IMG/VR virus record: IMGVR_UViG_3300031555_003590 | Location: 32,001 to 96,000 of that record | Length of the DNA stretch: 64,000 bases | DNA from: a virus | Taxonomy: Duplodnaviria; Caudoviricetes | Direction: 5' to 3' (one strand) | Shown here: in pieces, positions 1 to 9,300 of the stretch | Layout of the letters: each line of letters starts with the position of its first letter | How positions within the stretch are numbered: position 1 is the stretch's first letter | Notes under the pieces: generated by a model | Databases searched by the model: none | What the model saw: the letters and a program-made list of their open reading frames with translations, nothing else | What the model was told of the DNA's origin: nothing | Program-made: the position numbers and the translations under genes

Positions 1-725
1 TCATCACGTTTTCTAGCTTTCTTATTATTACAAATAAGAACTCCATGTCTGTTATAAGCTCTTTTAGCATTCTTGGATTCTTTTAAAATTTTAGATTGAG
101 AGTAACCTTTACCTAGTTTACTTTTATATCCAATGACATCATCATCTTCTTTATCATCATCTTCATCAACATCATCAAAATTAATTCCAAAACTTTTAAA
201 GAAATCATTTACTGGATTATCACTACCAGTATATTCAACTTCATCAATATCGTCATAATCATCATCTTCAATATCTTTATAATTATTAATGATAGTTTCA
301 ACTAATTTACACATAGATTCTGTTTTATGATATCTAAATACACCATTTGGATCACGACTAATATTAAAGAATTTACTTTCAAGAGTTAATAGATTATTTA
401 CAACCGGTAAATCAATTTTATTATAAATTTCATCATATTCATTTACTTCATAAAGATATTCAATACAAATATCAATCATAGTATTAGGAACATTTTTCAT
501 GAATAATTTAATAATATTATTACCAAGAATATCAATATCAATATTTTTAATATCATCACTGAGATATAGAATACTATATCCATCAGGAATCTTATTAACT
601 TTAATATCAGTCATTGTAGAAAATACTTTTCCATCTACTGAAGGTTCGTATCCTTCAACACTATTAAGTAGTACATCAGATGGAATAACATAGATTTTGA
701 GATTGCTTTGATTCATTTTTTCCAT
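1..725 (-). CDS. Hypothetical protein, truncated at window edge
   Basis: ATG at 725 preceded by AGGAGG; frame open to position 1 (MEKMNQSNLKIYVIPSD...) with an acidic D-rich tract. Not in the ORF track. Confidence 0.75.
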   Translation of the reverse strand, partial: MEKMNQSNLKIYVIPSDVLLNSVEGYEPSVDGKVFSTMTDIKVNKIPDGYSILYLSDDIKNIDIDILGNNIIKLFMKNVPNTMIDICIEYLYEVNEYDEIYNKIDLPVVNNLLTLESKFFNISRDPNGVFRYHKTESMCKLVETIINNYKDIEDDDYDDIDEVEYTGSDNPVNDFFKSFGINFDDVDEDDDKEDDDVIGYKSKLGKGYSQSKILKESKNAKRAYNRHGVLICNNKKARKRD

Positions 726-800
726 TTTTAAATATACCTCCTTATTACATTATCTCACCTTTAGAATATACCATTATTATATCTTCTATTTTCATAGATA

Positions 801-1040
801 TTAAAATATAGATTCTTCATCTAAATCATCTCTAAATATAGATTTATCTCCTTTTCTTAATTTTTTAATAAGTTTTTTAGTACGCATAATACCTTCTTGT
901 ATTTGTTTACCATATTCATCAATAAGGTCGTCTGGAATAATCATAACATCTTCTAAATTATTTAAATACTCTTCAATATGATCTGCAAGCTTTTTCATAT
1001 CTTCTTTAGTTGCAGTATTAGGATCAAATGCATCAAACAT
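801..1040 (-). CDS. Hypothetical protein (79 aa)
   Basis: GGAGG RBS; promoter-like motif at 1089-1102. Confidence 0.75.
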   Translation of the reverse strand: MFDAFDPNTATKEDMKKLADHIEEYLNNLEDVMIIPDDLIDEYGKQIQEGIMRTKKLIKKLRKGDKSIFRDDLDEESIF

Positions 1041-1130
1041 TTATAAATTTCACCTCCAATAAAAATCTCATATTACATTGATATATTTATAATATATCAT
1101 TTAAAATAAATTGAATGGAGGATAATTATT

Positions 1131-2414
1131 ATGCAACTTACCAATATTAAAGAATCTGGCACAAATAATATTTTAATGTGGGCTATTGCAAATGGTGCTG
1201 ATATTAAAAATGATCCAGCACTTCAATCAATTATTAGAGATGAACTTTCTTACATTGTAACAATTAGTGATATTAACTTTTTTGAATTATTTAGATTAAC
1301 TCAATTGTATCGTGATAGACTTCGTATTATTGATGAAAAGCAAGCTGAAATGCCTACTAGAAGTGAATTGCATAAATTGTTTAATGGAGTATATAAAGTT
1401 GATTTAGAAGATAGAAGTAAAGATATTCAATTAAGTGAATTAGTAGAATATTGTGGTGATATGTTTATTAATCTTGCAATGCAAATGAATGTTGATGATG
1501 ATATTATAAGTCCTAGTACAGTAAGAATGTTTTTACCAATGATTAGTCGTAAATTTACTATTCAAATTCCAGTTGAATTTACTGATATTCTAAATTCTAT
1601 GTCTGAAGACGAATCCAATCAAATTTATAATAATGATTATCCTAATACATTAAATACTATTATTGAGTCTGATACTCATGGAGTAAAAACTGCATTACAG
1701 CTTGCAATTATAAGAGCTACTTCTATTATTAAGTATAACAAGCAGTACGATAAGTATGTTAAAATTATTAAATATAATCCTTTGAAGACTTGTATTAATA
1801 ATAAATTATATAAATTTAGTTTATTAGGATTCTATAAAAGAGATAATGTTTCTAGAGGAGAAATTAGAATTGATTTATTTAATCCTAATAGAGAAAATAT
1901 GACCAATGCTCTTCACTATATGTCTAAAATAAATTCTCCATTAAAACTTGAATTTGCTATTCAACTTCCAATTCAATATATGCAGATGTTGGAAAATTCT
2001 TTTAGTGATGATTTATTAACAATTGCATATGAATCATCAATGTCTAATATCATTGATAGTGGTTTAATATTTGATGATTTTATTACTTCTGATTATGATG
2101 AAGAAAGTGAAGATGAAACTGAAAGAACTAAGGCCATTGAACATAATAATGAGATTAGTGCATATAAAGTTCGTATTACAGAAGCTAATCAAAGGACATT
2201 AAATGCAATGCCAATTCTTTTAAGTTCTGAAGGTGATGTTGATGTTACTAGTGTATTTTCAATGCTACCTTCTATTTATACTACTAGAGCAGTTATTAGA
2301 ATTGATATGAATAATAAACCTCTTACTCATTACGATCCAATCATTGATGAAATGTTTAAAGAAATTTATAAAGTTTCATATTCAATTATTGAAGATATTA
2401 ATAAAGCTAAATAA
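1131..2414 (+). CDS. Hypothetical protein, possibly a degenerate tandem ThyX-fold protein
   Basis: GGAGG RBS. Two segments echo ThyX patterns (IVTISDINFFELFRL...VRMFLP; LEFAIQLP...FSMLPSIYTTRAVIRIDM), but there is no RHR motif. The fold call is tentative. Confidence 0.4.
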   Translation: MQLTNIKESGTNNILMWAIANGADIKNDPALQSIIRDELSYIVTISDINFFELFRLTQLYRDRLRIIDEKQAEMPTRSELHKLFNGVYKVDLEDRSKDIQLSELVEYCGDMFINLAMQMNVDDDIISPSTVRMFLPMISRKFTIQIPVEFTDILNSMSEDESNQIYNNDYPNTLNTIIESDTHGVKTALQLAIIRATSIIKYNKQYDKYVKIIKYNPLKTCINNKLYKFSLLGFYKRDNVSRGEIRIDLFNPNRENMTNALHYMSKINSPLKLEFAIQLPIQYMQMLENSFSDDLLTIAYESSMSNIIDSGLIFDDFITSDYDEESEDETERTKAIEHNNEISAYKVRITEANQRTLNAMPILLSSEGDVDVTSVFSMLPSIYTTRAVIRIDMNNKPLTHYDPIIDEMFKEIYKVSYSIIEDINKAK

Positions 2415-2423
2415 AAAGAAAAG

Positions 2424-2474
2424 ATAATAGATGTACAGATAATCCTCAGAAATGAGGATCTGTACATCTATTAT
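2424..2474. terminator. Long hairpin between convergent genes (bidirectional terminator)
   Basis: 17-bp perfect arms ATAATAGATGTACAGAT/ATCTGTACATCTATTAT enclosing CCTCA-GAAA-TGAGG. Confidence 0.7.
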
Positions 2475-2492
2475 TCTTATTTCCGTTCATTG

Positions 2493-3146
2493 TTAGCGTG
2501 AGGCAGCAATTGGACGAGTATTCAATGCAACTAATGCAGGAACAATAATAGCTGCCATATTCAATAAGAATTCACCATTTTCTTTAAAATACTTTTTAAC
2601 TTTCTTAAAGATATTTCTAGCTACACGTTTAACTCTTCCAACAAATCTGTTGAATCTTGTTCCTTTATCTAATTCATGAACTTTAATACCAGAATGCATT
2701 TCAAGCATTTGAAGTTCAGCATCAATATCCTTAAGTTTTATATTAATAACCGCAATCTTCTTTGCATCTTTCTTTTTACGAATATCAAGTTCACCAAGCT
2801 TTGCTCTAAGCATATCTCTACGAGCAAGTAATTGAATCATCTCAATATGATCTTGTTTCTTATCTTTAGCTCTTTTAATTGTTTGCTTGGTTTTTTGTTT
2901 CCAATACCAATCCTCTGTAATTACAAGAGGTCCGTTATTAGTTCTTGTATCAATATAAGGCATTGGAATTTCTCTAGGTTTAAACCATTTAGGAGGTTTA
3001 GGATATCTTTTTTCCATTTCTAGATCTGCATAATTAAATATCTTTTCTCTTTCTGCAGGAGTAACTTCTAATGGATCTTTTTTTCTAACAACATCAGTTT
3101 GAGAACTATACATTTTGACTGGTATTGTAGCATTCATCTGTATCAT
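2493..3146 (-). CDS. Hypothetical basic protein with coiled coil and hydrophobic C-terminus
   Basis: 217-aa ORF, AGGAG RBS, promoter-like motif at 3303-3315. Confidence 0.7.
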   Translation of the reverse strand: MIQMNATIPVKMYSSQTDVVRKKDPLEVTPAEREKIFNYADLEMEKRYPKPPKWFKPREIPMPYIDTRTNNGPLVITEDWYWKQKTKQTIKRAKDKKQDHIEMIQLLARRDMLRAKLGELDIRKKKDAKKIAVINIKLKDIDAELQMLEMHSGIKVHELDKGTRFNRFVGRVKRVARNIFKKVKKYFKENGEFLLNMAAIIVPALVALNTRPIAASR

Positions 3147-3330
3147 CTCCTTTTAGTAAAATATCTAGTATAATCAAAGCAAATATTTTATAATCCTCCA
3201 AATTAATTTGGATTCTTTTGATAATCAGGAATAGCACTGCAACTATCCATCTTTATATACTTATTAAAGTAAACACTGCAATTTACTATTCATATTATAG
3301 TAATAATATATAATTGAAAATAATAATATA

Positions 3331-3360
3331 AAGAGAGGGGCAACATAAAGCCCCTCTCTT
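3331..3360. terminator. Intrinsic terminator after the tape-measure-like gene
   Basis: AAGAGAGGGG...CCCCTCTCTT hairpin 15 nt past the stop codon. Confidence 0.75.
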
Positions 3361-3374
3361 TATATTATAAATTA

Positions 3375-6300
3375 TTATGGACGTGCCATTGTAGTTACAG
3401 ATCTAGTATTAGTTTTAGTGGCAGCGCTAAATGCTGAAGTAGAACTTTTAACTTTATTACGTGATCCTAACGAATTAATTGAATCTCTTAAACCTTTATC
3501 AACAAAATCTTTTTGATTAAGTGCAGTAAGTAAATCAGAAGAAGACCCAGTATTTCTAGTGATATATGTTAATTGAACTATAATTTCATTTAATAATCTA
3601 ATTGTAGTTTCAGGATCTATAGTTCTAGGAATATTAACTACTGGAATATTTGCATCACTTGAAGATTGATATACTGGTGGATTATAAGTAGAACTACTTG
3701 TACTAATTTGTTTTTGTTGATAATTATTTTGAGAAGATTGAGTTATTCCTGTTACAGTTGGAGTTTTAGTTGCATAATTAGATTGATGAATTGTACTTGA
3801 ATCAATATCATCTGCTCCACCTATAGCATCATTATTTTCCTTCCATTCACCTTTCATCTTGTCATAATAATACTTAGCATATTTCTGGCGTTCAGAAAGT
3901 TTTACCCATTCAATATTAGGATCAATACCTTCCCAATCTTTTAAGAATACTCTTGCAGCTTTAGAAGTACTTGATTCTGCAGTAGTCCAATTAGACATAA
4001 AATCTCTATAGCCACCATTTGAAGATGGTTGAATTGAATATTGTAATTGTGCTCCCATGTCATACCAATTCATACCAAGCTTATTTGCGAATTTCATTAA
4101 CCTAGTTGCAGCAGGACCAGTAAATTGACCTAAACCGAGACCAGGTCTAGGTATTCCATCATCACCTTTATATGCTTCTTCATTAATACTAAGACCCTTA
4201 CTAGCATAATCAGCAAATAGTTGTTCAGTGAATGATTTAGGATTTTCTAAAGCTTCAGTTTTCTTAGGACCAATTCGATATTTTTCATTATATATAGATT
4301 CGACTGCAGTTGGATCAATACCACTTTCATGAGACCAGTTACCAAGTACTCCAGCTATATTAATATCAGGAATATTATAATTCTTTAAAAATTGATATGT
4401 TTGCTTAGCATTCTCTTCAGCATCATCTGTTGTTTGAATATTAGCAATAGATGCAATTTCAGAATCAGAAAGTTCAACATTAACATCGTTTGATTCTATA
4501 TCATTAGATTCAGAATCACCAAATAAACCTCCAGAAATCCAATTTAATATTTTACTACCAAAGGATTTCAGTGTATTTAGTAATTTTGCAAGAGGAGATT
4601 CACTGTTAATTGTTGAAGTTCCATCTGTTGCATTTCTATTAACATCAGCCGTATGAACTGAATCAGATGTATTAATAAAATTAGATAATGTTGTACCAGC
4701 AGTTACATTAGAAAGAGGATTGATTGGTTTACCATTAGAATCTTCAATTTGATAATGTAAATGTGGTCCGCTAGAATTACCAGTAGATCCCATTTCACCA
4801 ATTTTATCACCAATACGAACTCGTGATCCAACTTTAATTGATGCTGGAATTGAATTGGCTTTAAGATGCATATTTTTAATAGTATATCCATCATCAGTTT
4901 TAATCCATACCATATTACCACCCATCTTAGTACTAGTACCAAGACCAGTATGGCTATCAGGTACACTTGATTCTACTAATGATACTGTACCATTATATCT
5001 TGAGCCAATATCAGCTGAATCTCCATAAGTTTCAGGACGAAGATCTATACCGTTATGGTAATCTTCTTTTGATCCATTACCATCTAAATCTCTCCATCCA
5101 AAATAGCTAGTAATATGTAATGGTTTATTAAGAGGATTTCCTCCAGATTTAATAGTAGATGATTGAGATTGTCCAGTTGATTTATTTTGAGATGCATTAG
5201 AACTATCTCCACCTACTCCTTCAGTGCTACTTGGAGATTCTTCAACAGTTGAGAATGCCTCACCTAATGAATCCCAACCAGATTCAAGTTTATCAATAAA
5301 CCAATTTTTGATTTTATCTATACCTTTTCCAATAAAATTTCCAATTCCATGGAATATTCCAATTGCACTCTGGAATAGTTTATTAATTCCAAATGATGCT
5401 TTCCATATTCCAGATAATGGATCTCCATTTTGAAGTTCAAGTTTGGTATTCCAAATATCCATAACTTTTCCATCATTAGCTAATGTTGAAATTTGTTCAT
5501 TTGCAGAATCTAAACTTTGATAGTTACCTTGAGTTATGGATACCATTTCACTGAAAGCTTTTGAAATTTTATTACCAACCCAATGAACTGCAGTTCTTGG
5601 ATAATTAATAAGTTTTGCAACTGTAAAAATTCCACTCATTATTCCATTAAGAGGATTTCCTTCATTTTCTTGTATAACGACATTACTTAATCCTTCAAAA
5701 TCGCCAGCTTTGGCATTTATACTTAATTCATCAATACCAGCATCAAGTGAATCTTTTGCAGTTTTAATAGTTTCCATTATTTCATTAAATGGACCCTTTA
5801 TCTTATTGCCCAACCAATGAAATGCAGTAGGAACGTAATGAATTATTTTATCAATACTAAATATTGCACTTCCAATTTTTCCAAGTGGATTCTCAGGATC
5901 ATCTTCAAGCACAATAGAACTTAGTGCTCCAAAATCTCCTGTTTTACTAGCAGCATTAAGATTTTCATGATTAGTGCTTAAAGTACTCATAGTATTTTTA
6001 ACTTTATTTACAATACTATTGAATTTATCTTTTATTTTAATACCAACCCAACTTATTGCTGCTGTAGGAACATTTAAATATTTAACAATATTAAATATTG
6101 ATTCAGTAAATCCTCCTACTGGGTTTTCTGGATCATTTTGGAATGTTAAATTTAATACTCCTGAAATATCTCCTCTTCTAGCTGTATCATTAATAGTACT
6201 AGTATTACTACTTAATACATCTATACTATTTTTAACTTTATTAATAGCTCCACCTATAACATTGCCAATTTTATTTCCAATAACTTTAAAAATAGCCTGT

Positions 6301-9300
6301 GGTATAATACTAATACGAGATGAAATAATTGCAGCTTTCATAAAACCATTCATCGGATTTTCAGGATCATCTTCTATTTTAAATAAATCTTTTAAATCAG
6401 ATGATTTATCTTTTAATAAATTTTTAGCATATTCTTGTTCATTTGATAATTTATTACCAAAATTCTTTATTTTATCAATAAAACCGCTAAATTTATCACC
6501 AATACCACTAGAAAAATTTTTAATATTAGATCCAATTGTTGATATAGTAGATGGATTTTTAGTGCCATCTTCATTAGTACTACCAACAAAGAAATTCTTA
6601 ATACCAGATCTAATTCCTTTAAGACCGCCAGATGTTTTTATACTTCCATCATCAGTAATTACTGGCATACCATTTTCATCATATACTGTTTTACCATTCC
6701 AAATACGACTAAATACTCCTTTATTAGTCATATCATTATACTCAGCAGTAGATAAATTTGAACCAGTTTGTTCATTATAATATTCTACTTGAGAAGACAT
6801 ATTAGATTGTTTTTGATCTAATTTATCTTCACCCATTAGAGCTTTATATGCTGCTTCCGCTAGAATTTGACGAATGCCTTTTCCATCATTTAATGGAGCA
6901 ATTATAAGATCGACAATTTCAATTAAACCTACATATGGAAGCCCGTCAAATACAGCACCTAGTGCAGCAGCAATTGTAGTCATCAATCCATCAACATCAT
7001 TAGGTGATACACTAAATAAATTTGCAGCATTCATTCCACCTAAAACAGCTCCACCAGCTGACATTACTGCAATACTAACACCTAATGTTACTCCAGCTCC
7101 TACTGCTTTACCAGTTTCTTTAGCAAAAATTTTAGTAACAACAGATCCGAGTTTCTTCAATACAGGTTCAGTAATTTTGGAAGTAAATTTTCCAATTAAG
7201 TCTTTTAATTTACTAGCAATTGGTTTGAATGTTTTACTTGATGCAAGTTTTTCTCCTAAATTTTTTAATACTTCAATTATTTTTTTAGCAATAGTATTAA
7301 GAGTACCACCTTCATCAAGAATACTATTAGTAAGTTTTTTAGTAGCTTTGCCTATAGGACCTACTCCTAATGTTGAACTTACTTGAGTTACAGCTTCAGT
7401 TCCACGACCAAGCATATCAGATGATTCTTCATCCATGCCTACTTTTTCTGCTATATTGCTTACAAGCCAATTAGCACCTTTACCAGCCACTGATCCAATT
7501 CCAGTTCTAAGTGCCATTTTACCCATAGCTTGCATAGGTTTAGATTTAAAAACACCTTTAGCTTTATTTAAGTTTTGTCGTGCTCTCATGCCACTTGCAG
7601 TTGCATCTCCATATTTAGCAGCATCCATAGCATTTAATCCAATACCATGTTGAAGTCCTGCAGACATTAAATTACTTCCAGCAACTAATCCAGCATTACG
7701 CCATATTGAATTTTTTGCTCTAGTTACATTTTGATTTACAATTTCATTTCCAGCTGCATCAGTATTTACATGAGTTAAATCTGCAAGAGGATTAAAATAA
7801 TCAATTTCACTATCGGCTTGAAATCCTAAAGGAGCTGTCAATGTATTAAGAACAACATTTTCTTTTTCTCCTCCATTTACAACCCAATCTAAAAGATTAC
7901 TTGCACCTTGTCCGAATTTTGTAAGAAGATCATCAAGCTTACCAGTAAATCCTAATACTGCTGCTATTAAAGCTGCAATTCCCATAGGACCGCCAAGAAC
8001 ATCTTTAATATTAGATAAAACCCCACCAATTTTATCCCAAATACTTGTTTTTTCTTCATCTGATTCTTGAGATTTCTTTTTCTGTCCACCCATTAAATTT
8101 TTTAATCTATTTAATATAGTGGATTTATTTGGATTTTTCTTAGCTCCTTCATCGATAAGATTAGTAACTTCTCTATGTTCGCTATCAGTTATAACATCAT
8201 TACTAGCAATGATAGATGCAGCTGCAGGAATAGTACTACTAATAATTTCATTATCATTATTATCAGATTTACCAATAGATTTCTTTTTACCAGTAATAAA
8301 CTTAATAATTTCATCTAATCTTTCATGTAATCCTTTATCATGAGTAAAAATAGATCCTTCTGTAGTTCCATGATCTGCAAGAGTTTCAACTGCATCTTTA
8401 GTTGCCTTTGTATTTTCAGCAATTTCAGATGTTAACTCAACAGTTTCTTCTTTAGTATAATCATCAATATTTAATTGATCTCTTTCAATATCTTGATTTT
8501 CTTTCCAAGATTCCCAATCTTTACGTCCACTTACACGGTGTCTCTTTACAACTTTAATCATTTTTCCAGGAGGTCCATCTGGATCTTGTACATAATCAGC
8601 TTCATAGCTATTATTATAATATCCGCTTTCAGCCTTATCCATATCAGCATCAGCTTTTTGAGATTTTATACGCTGATTAATCTTATCTCTACCTTCTTTA
8701 CCAGCAATCATTTTAGCAATAGAATTTAATCCACCACCAATAACTGCGCCACCAGTTTCAGTTCCTCCTCGAACAAGATTACCAATTGCTGTAATTGGAG
8801 CTTTAGCAACATTTAATGGGAACATTAAGAATTTCTTTAAAAGTCCACCCATTCCCTTGAATACTTTTCCAAATGCTGTATCGGCAACTTTACCAGCAGC
8901 ATTAGACATTCTTTCTTTAATTGCTTCTCCAATATTAGATAATGGACCCATAATATTTTTCTTTAATACAGAACCAAAGGAAGTCATAGTTTTACCAATC
9001 TGATATCGAATTGGATCTGTTATGTTATCTACAACTTTACCAATTAATCCTCTTCTTTTATCTCGATCTTTCTTTTTATCTCCTTCATGTTCTTTATCAC
9101 CAAATAATAGTTTTTTAATTTTTGATCCTATTCCACTTGTTTGACTAATTGCATTTCCTGCAATACCGCCCATTATAAGTCCAAGTGGACCTCCTAAAAT
9201 ACCAGCACCAAGCATTGAACCAATAGCTGTACTAAATATTTTATTACGTTTATTATCTATACTAGAATCCTTATCTTCTTTATCGCCATAATTAAAATAT

